Origin: a virus
Lineage: Duplodnaviria > Caudoviricetes
Virus record (IMG/VR): IMGVR_UViG_3300022200_000063
Span: 1 to 53,628 of that record
Direction: 5' to 3' (one strand)
Length of the DNA: 53,628 nt
Numbering within the stretch: the first letter of the stretch is position 1; each line of letters starts with the position of its first letter. The translations under genes were made by a program, and so were the position numbers. Below are positions 31,601-40,300 of the stretch, piece after piece. The notes under the pieces are model-generated. The model worked only from the letters and a program-made list of their open reading frames with translations. It had not been told where the DNA came from and did not search any database.

Positions 31601-32143
31601 TCTTAATGGTACAGCACGTACACCAGTCCCTGAAGGAATTAATAAATACGGTTTCCATAATTCCATTTTAGCAATAGGGTTCTGACTACCAGACTCTAAT
31701 GTTTTAATATACTTAATAGTTTTCTCGTCTGCTTTTCCATACTTAAGTCCGTCAGGCCCCTTGATTACAACAACAAAAGGAACTTTAGTTCTCTTCATTC
31801 CAGTTTTCTTTTGCTGTTCTTCTATTGCAGCATTGGCAGCTTTAATTACTTCGTTAGGATTATTTCTAGCATATACATTATCAAGAACCTGGCCGTCCTC
31901 TACTTGTCTTGAGTTATTAAACTTTCTATTAATTTTTCTAAGGATTCTTACAGAAATCCCGTCAGGCTTTGTTTTTTGTCTTTGTTTTCCTATATTACCT
32001 AATTGTTGGTCTACTGGAAATTCTGATATTTCTATATTTTCAGCTACTATTAATTGATCTAGTAATCCACTATATAATAATTCTTTAAAATTAGCCTCAG
32101 TAACCCATTGGCCATTAATATAATAAAGACAATTTGCTGCCAT
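22667..32143 (-). CDS. Giant virion-packaged DNA-dependent RNA polymerase (crAss-like) with a zincin domain
   Basis: Catalytic loop AGLDFDIDK (~26060-26086) preceded by GYRIPTEDKYS; VVDNAKDP; zincin HEAFH (30242-30256) with downstream EELLAD. Confidence 0.9.
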   Translation of the reverse strand: MAANCLYYINGQWVTEANFKELLYSGLLDQLIVAENIEISEFPVDQQLGNIGKQRQKTKPDGISVRILRKINRKFNNSRQVEDGQVLDNVYARNNPNEVIKAANAAIEEQQKKTGMKRTKVPFVVVIKGPDGLKYGKADEKTIKYIKTLESGSQNPIAKMELWKPYLLIPSGTGVRAVPLRNSFLGETKIAKQIENQLKLLFTLEGDAFTKAKKKLEKNMYKVSFEKEGNTIIVRTAQADGTIKEEIANRPEELNTIILGTYKDGKYIGERNQEGKMSTPGKLARINYFEINKKGQNEKYADDGFFTTDLYQENGNFFNSSGFVLDTKDFSKYTPEILESIKKQISKAKEEEASKKAAINEMAKKEVEDQKNKKGESRAFASPIDELAIIISREVSIPNTNKKAKVYAVIEGNQIEVYKIEAYTQARKPQSNIIENTPAEISNEEKNSARNEFFKISDVAEFKTITKKQNEDKKVAPLKTQGPIDEEVGDFALLTELPDIDLPELGGTASKSADLVAEATGQVLNTEDLGGEADDVDFSANDDNPKARTTTIGEHWDKEKELQWIQDKLGKAVRDKITMFESEEELREYLSPKGFEYLRNLAKQPGSLQGLFTKAGLYLKNNAFAGTAYHEAFHVVFNLALSKEERILILKEAKELFKSELSENPTYLEVEELLADKFMEYVQSDGTLDFKKQEGPKTFGQRVTDFFKNIFRLIKTLFNNKATISIESLFSDIQFGKYKDTITFKNTDTSEFESMRASSISKVYSSFTDIRLEKEAIEYIKQTFFAEINSIKEADLLKSLEEQSFAGLNDPDIISKVGPRVLLGKTITRIVKTYGKNKLKPNSELFKQLASELGVIFREGGQISFSPEVFETVKGPDGTYLIPVDLESMPLMQAFLRTLKSEDGIIIKDLSSAVGLVEDRTEPQETDEDNENKLGDLENWQRDIAEFDPRTTMSQTLKRIFNNFYKVNPKNGNPLLNRFGARETFAGNEVFSFLSQRITNSTSVEDMFEKLEAIKNERDFIPQLLDKLQSNYGLVVDLYVTLASKSNINYMTVYYEKGHYRIFNKNRKTIGKIIEDFLIANFLNHKSKFFNNHTSGPLSGQKDFTSIDKEFALQKLAEFKEIRTNFDNARGKDTIITELGKISEFLYSIELPITTKQLVDTWAPVRTDVSPSVKRVHKVLNRVEDILQKLSEGQNPFLEIKKSDSGENQTAIGSPVAGLAAALKLGLETHVNMAFRDSNNKTKYTVQYSNYLNKLFSKLTNPREAKAFWEEIRQDPILSKSPMINDIFDMETGELKTFSTSEEGLTVAMFESLSRQGKFYSIPYDELSPAELEAVCLAFFQNNAKEERLKEEGFSFYKLPIPSNSTNIPFVKARRYTNEQIIDNLVELALGEIARINKLKNIPDNHKLNFIPNYVENGTKFVNLSFLNSSKYSLEELQTEEGLLRSEIESYIFNTYLANEYQKAEEKGILYYDKGALRFEEELISNAIKDKKQFYDNYLLNTFYTNIELNTILAGDPAFYKNTEDFQKRFKQVISPGSYTDTKVVNDYNILILEDEIVPTEEETVKAISELIMSDKNLNPQKKAALLSIWKDLGTKERGNNNSDGATYISIERYLDILDSMNRTTQAHRDAAVRIREGVESIDDIALFPPIKPFMFTKINIDGTIVPVQVKNSEVLLTRAMAERKDVNGNLKYPKLAKAYEILENGITHKDGSEHEVNAIVFESAIKVGGLFSGLNESGEPIKNNLTKDASGNYILNEEAEVITLKQEDWKLQNETPPHYVDEIGNYGSQIRNLIIADLDFDAIYEDGNGKKITGRELAQEYQDLIVANIKESAEGVRKIFKDKDGNFSLEKLVEFLRREIEDRNMDPGYLEALELIPHYLNPNKTTTALPLWHPSLNIKVQNLMYSFVNNRIIKQKINGGNMINTTGFGISDDLKIEVDSKTGAITYQALLPWWSKKFFPQLPNGEVDLSVLPEQLLEIIGYRIPTEDKYSMFNIRVKGFTDPAQGGTLILPPEAVTIAGLDFDIDKLFMMIPNFYVVEKDGKKQAVYIKPLSANSSKKEIVDHIFRDLRGLEKFLTTYLPEGVSTKNVTLSVEEILQNRINLFDYRKQAFEEKSEQKLLQLEIENLSAQIEKAKSNKQKEALQELLYEKVTELETFIPYNESIARANQLINTIKDAIVESLEGVSVKASDIQGKKSRDNRLMEIVKSILKNRNTAVSILDPGGFAEEKALGSKLRLLKISDKKGPKAELKKEALALFSDYSTGKITINDYQDALKKLIDRLEDIDFNINYPSTQRELFVRNMTGNDLIGIFANHNVHHAKAQLSQLKLRTPIYINGVEYQDLNKIYSDTKSGKIRISKSLANLIAAVVDNAKDPIASYLNMNTYTADIIATMLRLGVESEYTFTFINQPIILEVTNAYFKAKGSLKESNASFARIKKDLKAKIQKSFNISEEEFNTIDENIVDISLEELQDSLVKGTEAKYFLDQYKVLSLFEEILNISGKLGEVTRATKTDTSGPGPTHGAAFSKMYKQSKILNNPEYPILGVKDFLIEKEEGVHINAAFTQYGWREFIDIMNEIFPAIGRLKSDNTIKLSQLGRLKVRFSNMKDSIYSISEKEANSIDAGMISFLASGFPTFKYNQAESVLKDTPDNLRDFIANNPDSPFIPFLEQLNIESANNKIPIKRISFYTTGKNAQDIINYKRLWYEMLISPDPAVHKLAMDLVKYTFFSSGFNFGPYTFFHLVPEIMFTDKFARNYPHLELTDPSRGNRSFNQHIEAGLAAIEGGDTTLLERFEKQFVQNTGEKSLMIPNISTTESILFSPQVKDFGNMDVQIVLDGPNVGKITPLGKANQYGVRKAETLEGYINELQKLMDVARQNPKKLFHVSKSLHYVRFEDDKFNQAFLAIHNTTGIPDNVRFAGEKEDVRGWRKHQTSEGILKLNKATFRNIQVQDADGIFNFPKFIKTSNKSGKVELYQKVEEGERHVLYTKINLLGTSLFAVEYNMFNDITESVTLKLKNSTSTPVLGMNNEEFTAIEGSLNSLNNLPDIDIPEISDPFAHLPDIDVPGTSDPFAYLPDIDIPNIKIIKALSEEDPGEAPVITPELREGILPIAEIIKDPSYEKYVILNQAKGETIKVSKEVFESMPLGARIETLKHLNNC
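22905..23014 (-). repeat. 45-bp period coding tandem repeat (LPDID[IV]P x3)
   Basis: atctatatcagg core recurs in units starting at ~22905, 22950 and 22995; protein LPDIDIPEISDPFAH-LPDIDVPGTSDPFAY-LPDIDIP. Confidence 0.9.
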
Positions 32144-32159
32144 ATTAAAAAAGTTTATT

Positions 32160-32174
32160 TAGCAAATATACAAA
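32160..32174 (-). promoter_or_regulatory. Bacteroidota-type -7 promoter upstream of the virion RNAP gene
   Basis: Reverse complement reads TTTGTATATTTGCTA, in a 37-nt intergenic gap. Confidence 0.65.
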
Positions 32175-32180
32175 TAAAAA

Positions 32181-33047
32181 TCAATCACATCTTTTATGCT
32201 CTTGTGATTCAGGATCGAAGAAGAAATTAATTTTTTTATTAATGATTTTTTCTACAATATTCTCGAAATTTTCATTAATAAATTTAGCTCTTTCGATTCT
32301 TTCTTTGCCATATTTTTCAAGAAGTTTCTTTTCTTGAGCAGGTCTTTTAGAAGCTCTCACTGAATTTAAAGCATTGAGTTCCATCAGAATTTTATTGTCG
32401 ATAACTTCAGGAACTATTAATGCAGGAGTAGGGAGTTGAGATTTTAATTCTTGGATTTTACTTTTTAGCTCATTTACTTTTTCAGAATTTACTTTAACCC
32501 CACTTGTTGGTTGTATTGTAGGTTTAGCTTCTGTTAATTCTATTATCTCTTTTTTTAATTCTGGAAAAGCTTTATTTAGATTTTCTATTTGTACTTTAAT
32601 ATCTGAATCTAAAATATCTTTATTTCTAGAATCAAAATAATTTTCAACTAATTCAGATAAATTATAATGCTCTAAGCCGTCTTTATTAGGAATAGTAATT
32701 TTAATAAACTCTTCTCTTAAAATAAGGTCTTGATTGGTATCTCCTTGTTCGTTTTCAAATTGTAAATTTTTATTAAAGTCATCAACTGTTAGAGGTCTTG
32801 ATACTCCTTCTTCAATTAATACAGTTATATTTCCAGAGTCTACGACTCTTTTCCATAAAAGTTTATTTAATTTTTCAGTAACATCTTGAACTGTAGTTTT
32901 CTTTGTTATAGGTTGAACAGATAAGGATTTTAAATAATCTTCTACAACTCCTTCTTTGGCAGCCCAAACTACATAAGCCGTAGGTTCTCCTACAGCTTTT
33001 TCTAAATCTTTCCAGATCTTTAATCTTTTATTAGGACAGCTAATCAT
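32181..33047 (-). CDS. Hypothetical cargo-module protein with Cys at both termini
   Basis: MISCPN...HKRCD; N-terminus resembles that of the 1368-aa protein; ATGA-coupled to the ferritin gene. Confidence 0.7.
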   Translation of the reverse strand: MISCPNKRLKIWKDLEKAVGEPTAYVVWAAKEGVVEDYLKSLSVQPITKKTTVQDVTEKLNKLLWKRVVDSGNITVLIEEGVSRPLTVDDFNKNLQFENEQGDTNQDLILREEFIKITIPNKDGLEHYNLSELVENYFDSRNKDILDSDIKVQIENLNKAFPELKKEIIELTEAKPTIQPTSGVKVNSEKVNELKSKIQELKSQLPTPALIVPEVIDNKILMELNALNSVRASKRPAQEKKLLEKYGKERIERAKFINENFENIVEKIINKKINFFFDPESQEHKRCD

Positions 33048-33529
33048 AGATATCTCTCTACATAATGATCAAGTACTAATTTATCAGAAGTAAGTTTAGC
33101 ATGATCTAAAATATCAATAGCTTTTCCTACTTCTTCTACCTGCTCTGCACAATATTTAGAAGCTAATGCAAAAAGTCCTGTGTGCTTCATTTCTAGAGCT
33201 TTTTGAGCCAGTTCTTCACATTGCTTAGTAATCATAAGCTCATGGTCTAAAGTAGCCTCTAATACATCCATATAACTTTCAAATTCCATTACAGGAGAAT
33301 TCAGACTTTGTAGTTGAGGAGTAATACCGAAGTTCAATAGAAAATCCATAGACCATTCTGCATGGAGCTTCTCTTCTCCTTCATATTTTTTATATAGAGC
33401 AGCTAAATGTTTAAATCCTTGGTTATCAAACCAAAGAGACATTTGATGATATAATCTTGAACTAAATTCTTCTTGTTGAATTCTGTAATTCAAAAGTTCT
33501 ATAATCTTTTCGTCTAGTAGATTTCTCAT
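33044..33529 (-). CDS. ftn: Non-heme ferritin
   Basis: 161 aa; LN..I..E..SS.LY..MS.W, EEKLHA, LDHE, EQVEE match FtnA ferroxidase-centre ligands. Confidence 0.9.
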   Translation of the reverse strand: MRNLLDEKIIELLNYRIQQEEFSSRLYHQMSLWFDNQGFKHLAALYKKYEGEEKLHAEWSMDFLLNFGITPQLQSLNSPVMEFESYMDVLEATLDHELMITKQCEELAQKALEMKHTGLFALASKYCAEQVEEVGKAIDILDHAKLTSDKLVLDHYVERYL

Positions 33530-36500
33530 TATTTACATAATTTTTTAATTAGTTCTCCTGTTTCTTCCATAGTCAGAGCGTCTATTTCTTCAGGAGTTAA
33601 AGTTACGGATTTTTCTTCTTTTAATATATTTTTTAAGTCAGATAACATTTTATCTTCCTCAGTTTCAGTTTGTTTTTCTAAATCAGTTAATTGTTTTTCT
33701 AATTCTCTAATTTGATCTTCAATTTCCTTAACGTTTATTTCTGTACCTTTTTTGACAGCTCTCATATTATGTTCGTTAAGGATAGCTTGTCTTAATGCTA
33801 ATAAATTACCCGCTCCTTTAGCAGTAGGTAATTTGCCAATAAAAATTTTCTTACCTGTAGCTTCGTCTGTATAATAAGCTCTAATGTCCATATTAGAGAC
33901 GTCAGTAGTAGACTCTCTATTATACTCAGTATCAGGTATTTCAAAAGTAGCTTCTCTAATATTAGTTCTTAAATCTTTATTTGATAAAAATTCAGGACTA
34001 TTTACTATAGCAGAATCAAATTCTTTTTCTTTTAAAGGGTGGTCTTTAGGTTTACCACTTTCATCAAATTCATATCCAGATTTTGTAACCTTCTTATCAT
34101 AAATCATAGTGATGAAAACTTCATCAGAATCTGTATCTTCAAATATTTCAGCTACTCTACTATAGTCTACTTCAGGTGACGCTCCTTCTACTGCAGGTTG
34201 ATACTCATCTTCAGAATCTTCAAAAATAGGCCTGTTAAAACTGATTTTCTCTAATTGTTTAATTTTAGCCAGTACCTCTTCAATACTGTTTAGTATCTTA
34301 TAATGGATGGATTCGTCTATTTCTGTTAACTGAATTAAATCATCTACAGATTTAATTCCAGGAACATCCACTCCTTTAGCCTTTAGAGAATTTACAACAG
34401 CGGAAAGTAGTGATGGATATTTATCTAAAAATCTTATTAATTCTCTAATATCATTATTAGATAAATTACCCAAATCGCCTGGTTTTATTTTTTCATATTC
34501 ATTTATTCCTTTAATGATATTTAAATGTACTATAGGATCTAAAGCATCAGAATTTCCAAAAAGAGCGTCGGCCTCTTCTACTGAAGTATTTACTTTAGTA
34601 TTCTTAGTATTTTTAACTTGATCTTTTAAAAGATCTACCATAGCTTCAGCCATTTTTTGAGAATGAACTGCTTTGAGAGTAGCAGTAAATTTAGCTAACT
34701 CTTTTTGTCCTTTAGCCGTAAATAAATTTTCATATAATTTAGCAGCTTGTGCCTTTCGTATTTTTAGATCTTTGATATCCTGAATAGACTGTTTTAAAGT
34801 AGGAGACATCAGACTGTATCTGATAGGATCTGACTTTTTAAATTCTGCTAATATTTCATCTATTTTTTTATTTATAGTTTCTTTAAATTCCGCTCTACCT
34901 GTCTTATCATTTATTCCTGCAAGTTCTACAGCCATACTATCTAAAGAACTCAAATCAATACCTATAGAAGCTCCAGTACCAAATACAGACCCTCCCTTAG
35001 AAGTCTTTTCTATATTTTCGAGAATTTCTGATTCTCTTATTTCTGTATTATCTATTGTCGATCTTAAATAAGCTAATTGCTTGACAAGTCCATCTTGATA
35101 TTCTTTTGGAGTAATTCTTGCAGTTACTTGATTATTAGTGTCTTTATATAAATTAGTAATAAATCTTTGTATTTTTTCTACAACAGTATCTGGATGGTTT
35201 TCCATCAATAACTTAACATTATCAATCTCTTCTACAATTTTTGCAGCACTTGATTCTGCTTTTTCTAAAGCTTTTTTTCTTTGGGCTTCTGTAAATTGGA
35301 ATTCTTTTGAACCGTATACTTCGTTAAACTTAGCTAAAGGAAGCTTTTTGGCGTTCTCTATATCTTGAAAAATAGAATCTACTATACCGAGTTCTGCTCT
35401 GTTATAGATTAAGTCAAACATTTGCTGATGTTCCGAGTTCTTAAATTCAAAGACATCATTATTAACAGCGGCTGCGTCTGCATTTTTTTGAGCCTCTGTT
35501 CTGGTAAAATGAGATTGAAAATTCTTAGCTAAAACAGGATTTTCTTTTTGTTGTAATGTATTCATTTTCGAAGCGAAGGCCCTTGCTTCTCTTGATTGAC
35601 TCCTAAGTTCTCTTATTTCCGATCCTGCCCCACCAAAACTTTGCAGTTTAAGTCTGTATTTACCTTTTGCATTTTGTTTTATTACAGGAAGCTTTAATCC
35701 TAATAATCCCATAGCAGCTCCAATAGAAATAGAAGAAACTCCTTCATCAGAATTTGCAAATTTTCTAGCGGCACCTACTAAAGAATTTATAAAATACACT
35801 TGTTCTTCAGTATTCTGAGCTCCGTACATGTGTCCGTAATAATCTAATAGCCCTTCTTCTAAAGCCCCTTGAGCAAATTCCTCAAATCCTTCTGATATAA
35901 AACCTTTTGTAGCTGCTTTAGTATATCCAAAATATTTTTGTATCCCAAATTCAGAAGCATCTACATTAGCTACTCTTTTACCATTAACAAATCTAGTTCC
36001 TGAAAAAGATTTAGGATCTAAATATTTATAATTTTTTCTAGCTCCGTTAATAGCGGTATTCCAGTTTTTTAAATATAATTTAGGAAATTGTATAAAATTA
36101 GATCCTGCTACTAAAGGTAAATTTATAGTATAAGCCATAAATCCAGCCTCATCGGCTTTTGCTCTATATAGTTTTTCTTGTTGCTCTGTTAAAGGTCCTT
36201 CATGCTGAGATATTAATTCGTTATAAACTCTATCGCTTGTACTACGTCCTATCAAACTATTTTCTAAACTACTAGATCTTAAAGCAGACATGATAGTAGA
36301 ATTAGTTTGAAAAAACTTTGCATAATAAGCTTTAGCTTGAGTGGCTTTTGCTGCATCATCCAGTTTATCTAGACCTTTAAGTACTCTGTAAGATTTTCCA
36401 AACGCTCTTACTGCTTGAGCTTCTAATTTAGCTGTATTAGCTGCTACACTGGCTCCTCCTGTAAATGGAGCAGCGGCTGTAGCCAATAATTCAGTTACTA

Positions 36501-37311
36501 CAGCACCTGCTACAAATGATATTGCAGGAGCCATCTCATCATTAAAAATTTTAACAGGATCAGATCCTACTCTTGTAAAGAAATCTTTTTTGACTGGCTG
36601 TCCAAACTCATCATACTTTATTCCTCCTGTCACAGGATCTATTTCCCAAATATTACTTCCTCCATAAATAAAAGTATATTTATCAATACTTCTATCTACA
36701 TATTCCCAAGCATCAAATGCGGAGTTGTTAAAAAGTTTAGCTGGGTCTAAATTTATAATAGCACTTCCTACTCCATAAATTGCAGGTAATATTCCTAAAA
36801 CATTCCAAGCGGTTTTTCCTATTAATTTACCTGTAGTCTTGCCTAATTCTGTAATCCATCCCTCATTCTCATCTAAATCATCTACAAAGTTTTTTATTGA
36901 TTTATGATAATTCTTTTCTTTATATTTAATAAGATCTTTGAAATCATTTTCAAAATGAATTCCAAAAGTATTAAGGTCTGTTAAGTTGACTAACTTTTGT
37001 CCGTTTTTTCTAATGTAAGCCTCTCTTTCATAAGGATCTGGAATAGCTCTTGCTATATCCACAGGCTGAATAACTTTACGAAGTTTTTCAGTATTAAATA
37101 TAGTAGAACCTGTCAAATGAATGTCCATACCAGCAGTACTAGCATTTCCTACAGCTTTTACTGCCTGTTCTTCTAGAGATTCAGGTTTTTTATATTTTAC
37201 ATTATCGAAGTCTAAAGTATTATCTACTGGATCTGGTATAGTAGAAGGTCCTTTTAATTTGATTTCTTTAGAATCAATTATATCTGATATAGGATTTCTT
37301 TTCTTTGACAT
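33529..37311 (-). CDS. Large virion cargo/ejection protein
   Basis: 1260 aa; Gly/Ala-rich hydrophobic helices, SEGFEEFAQG motif, coiled coils; only Cys is the penultimate residue. Confidence 0.7.
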   Translation of the reverse strand: MSKKRNPISDIIDSKEIKLKGPSTIPDPVDNTLDFDNVKYKKPESLEEQAVKAVGNASTAGMDIHLTGSTIFNTEKLRKVIQPVDIARAIPDPYEREAYIRKNGQKLVNLTDLNTFGIHFENDFKDLIKYKEKNYHKSIKNFVDDLDENEGWITELGKTTGKLIGKTAWNVLGILPAIYGVGSAIINLDPAKLFNNSAFDAWEYVDRSIDKYTFIYGGSNIWEIDPVTGGIKYDEFGQPVKKDFFTRVGSDPVKIFNDEMAPAISFVAGAVVTELLATAAAPFTGGASVAANTAKLEAQAVRAFGKSYRVLKGLDKLDDAAKATQAKAYYAKFFQTNSTIMSALRSSSLENSLIGRSTSDRVYNELISQHEGPLTEQQEKLYRAKADEAGFMAYTINLPLVAGSNFIQFPKLYLKNWNTAINGARKNYKYLDPKSFSGTRFVNGKRVANVDASEFGIQKYFGYTKAATKGFISEGFEEFAQGALEEGLLDYYGHMYGAQNTEEQVYFINSLVGAARKFANSDEGVSSISIGAAMGLLGLKLPVIKQNAKGKYRLKLQSFGGAGSEIRELRSQSREARAFASKMNTLQQKENPVLAKNFQSHFTRTEAQKNADAAAVNNDVFEFKNSEHQQMFDLIYNRAELGIVDSIFQDIENAKKLPLAKFNEVYGSKEFQFTEAQRKKALEKAESSAAKIVEEIDNVKLLMENHPDTVVEKIQRFITNLYKDTNNQVTARITPKEYQDGLVKQLAYLRSTIDNTEIRESEILENIEKTSKGGSVFGTGASIGIDLSSLDSMAVELAGINDKTGRAEFKETINKKIDEILAEFKKSDPIRYSLMSPTLKQSIQDIKDLKIRKAQAAKLYENLFTAKGQKELAKFTATLKAVHSQKMAEAMVDLLKDQVKNTKNTKVNTSVEEADALFGNSDALDPIVHLNIIKGINEYEKIKPGDLGNLSNNDIRELIRFLDKYPSLLSAVVNSLKAKGVDVPGIKSVDDLIQLTEIDESIHYKILNSIEEVLAKIKQLEKISFNRPIFEDSEDEYQPAVEGASPEVDYSRVAEIFEDTDSDEVFITMIYDKKVTKSGYEFDESGKPKDHPLKEKEFDSAIVNSPEFLSNKDLRTNIREATFEIPDTEYNRESTTDVSNMDIRAYYTDEATGKKIFIGKLPTAKGAGNLLALRQAILNEHNMRAVKKGTEINVKEIEDQIRELEKQLTDLEKQTETEEDKMLSDLKNILKEEKSVTLTPEEIDALTMEETGELIKKLCK

Positions 37312-37315
37312 ATTG

Positions 37316-37323
37316 TAAAGATA
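37316..37323 (-). promoter_or_regulatory. Possible -7 promoter variant TATCTTTA just before the start codon
   Basis: In a 15-nt intergenic gap, 4 nt upstream of ATG 37311. Confidence 0.35.
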
Positions 37324-37326
37324 AGA

Positions 37327-40300
37327 TTATTTAAGATTTTGACTTAATCTTTTAGCTAAATCTATACTTGTAAATGCAGGAATAACATCTTGTTTGCCTA
37401 AAGAAGGAATAAATCTACTTGGCCCAGTTCCCCACATCAAATCCAAAGCTCTCATATTTTGAGCATATCCTCCATTAGAAGAAGATAAGTTTACAATTGT
37501 ATAAGGAACTTCTCCCCCTTCAGATAATAGTTGTCCTGATTCATCTAGGTTAACCTGATATATTTGAGCATCTACACTCTTACTTCTATTGTTATAAGCA
37601 TAAACTATCTTGAATCCTGTATAAGAACCATCTTCGTTTCTCTTAAATGTAGCAGGTTGATGCTCTAAAGTCAAACTTGTTTTGCCATTCTTATTACCAT
37701 ACTCCATCATTTTAGTTAATGTAGTAGCACCTTCAAAGTATTCCTTCTGAACTTCTCCATCTACTAAGTTCAAATTAGCGTATGTATGAATACTATTTCC
37801 TAAAAGCTCTTCTGCTCTTGCATTAGGATAACCTGACCGTTCTCCTTCAATGATATTATTGACAGATTTAGTTACATTTTCATGATATTTTAAATCTGAT
37901 ATTCCTTTTCCATTTACATAATGGGTAGTATTATCTACAGCTACAATTAAATTTGTAGGATACTTTTGTCTAAACGATTGTAAGTAACTGTCTTTTTCAT
38001 TTTTAGTTAACTTATTCCAATCCTCATTACTAAGATTTTTAGCCTTTTTAATAGCGGAAATTGCGTCTGCATCGGTAGTACTAGTATTAGTATACTGTAA
38101 TAAAACTTTTTCAGTATCACCGTCTTTAATTGTTTTTAATAATATAGGTTGACCATAATACTTAGCAAGTTCCAAATCTTTAGGATAACCTTCTTCTCCT
38201 GGGCTCACCGTTTCTACAGAGTCTCCAGAAAATTTAGTGACAATAGAAATACCCTGATGGGCATTATTAATATTAGCTTTTATATAATCTACTAATTCAT
38301 GTAACTTACCCCCTGTCCAATTCTTTAAACTATCGTCTATAGCGATTCCTGGAGTAGTCATAGTAGCTTGGTTTTTATAAACCATTTGAATTCTTTTCTG
38401 AAGTTTATTCAACATTGGAGTAATAGCTTGATTCTGCAATTGTTGAACCTCTTGTCTGTCCATTTCAAGTTGCCCTAAATTTGTAAATTCTTGATTTATA
38501 TCTCCAGTACTTCTACTTATTGCTTGAGGTAATAAACTCAATCGTTTCTTACTTTCTAAACCTATTCTTTCCCAAGCTCTATCGAAATCTCCAGATTTAA
38601 CTTCTTTTACTAACTCAGGATCATAATCTACATCACTCTCAGATAATCCGTTAATAGTTTCAAGTAGATACATATTAACAGGATTCATTATAGCTTCTTT
38701 CTCTTCTTTTAGTTTATAGATAGTTTGATTATTATTAATTATTTCAGCTTTAATTCTTTCCTGTTCTGCACCTGTAGCACTTGATACTTGATCTTCTAGT
38801 ATTTTATTATTAGCTTGAAGGTCTTCTATCTTATCATTATAAGTATTATTAAACTTATTTATTTTATGATAAACCTTAGCATTACTGAGTTGATTATCCA
38901 CCAATTCTCTATCTGCTTCAGATATCTCATCATTGTTAACCCACTCACTAAATTTAACAGGTTTTTCTCCTGGTTGTACATTTACATCGTAGAATATGGG
39001 AATATCCTCTATTTCAGATAACCACTCTTCTTCTACTTCTGGGTCAGTAATAAAGCTGAAGAAATCTTTATTACCAAAGTTTTCTTTAGCAAATTCCGAG
39101 CTCACTTCTCCAGGAGAATATGATTGATTTATGTCTCCATCTGAAGTAGTAACACTTTGACTTACTACATTAACAGTGCTGTTTTCTAAATCATCATTAG
39201 TGATTTTATTTGAACCAGAAGAACCATTTCCTACATTATCTGTATAAGGAGTCAGTGATTTTTTAGATTTCATAAAATCAAAAATATCAGCACTTGTACC
39301 AGAGTATCCTAAAATTTTTCCTGTAATATAGTCAGCCTCAAATATCGCTTTACTAAGATTTTCTAACTTTTCTGGATCTCCTCCAGTAGCAGTAATCTGA
39401 TTAAATTCTTGATTATATTGTTGTTTACTATCTTCTAGTTTTCCAATTAAATCGGAGAAATATTTTTTCTCTTCGTCTGTTTTAGCTTTTTCTAATCCTG
39501 CTCTAGCATTATTTAAATCAGAATCTATAGAATTTAAATAATTTATTATAATGCCTTCTGCATATCTTCTTCTACCGTCAGGACCTCCCATACTTCGAGA
39601 GTTTACATAATACTCATCTCTTGCATTATCTCTTAAAGAATTTTTAAAATAATCAGACTGAGCTAAGTGTTTATATAATTCTGAATGTAATTGATCTTTA
39701 TTTTTCCACTCTTCTTGAACTGTTGTTTTAAGTCTTTCTCGTGTATCAGCATCTAACCATGTCCAACCAGAAATAGTATCTTGAGCTATTTCCCATGAAG
39801 GAGCCGCCTTAGAAAGTTCTTCTGTCTTTTCCATTAATTCTTTTTCTCTATCTATATTTCTAGGAGAGGAGTCAAAAGAATTATAAGAGCCAGTACTTCT
39901 ATCATAAGCAGCTCCTCCCTTTTCAGCATACTCTCCTAAAACTCTTTGTTCCCAATTTTTAAATCTAGTTTCGTCGAGATCCTCTTTTTCCACCATCTTT
40001 CTCATAATCTCTCTATCTTCTGAAAATTGTGCTTTTCTTTGTCGATATAAAGCAATTTCAGGATCAGAGTTGTAGATCTTATTTAGCCTTCTTAATTCTT
40101 TAGCAGCATTTCTGTAGTCTTTATCCTTTAATAGATTAGTTGTAAGTCCTTCTTTAAATTGATCAAATTCAGCACTAATTTGTTGAGCTCTTTCTGCATC
40201 TGCAGGCAATGTAGAAAAATCAAAAGCAGCCTCATCTATGACTTGTTGTGTTAAGTCATAAGTTTGTTGCATTTGAGATAAAGGTGCTGCAAACATTGTA

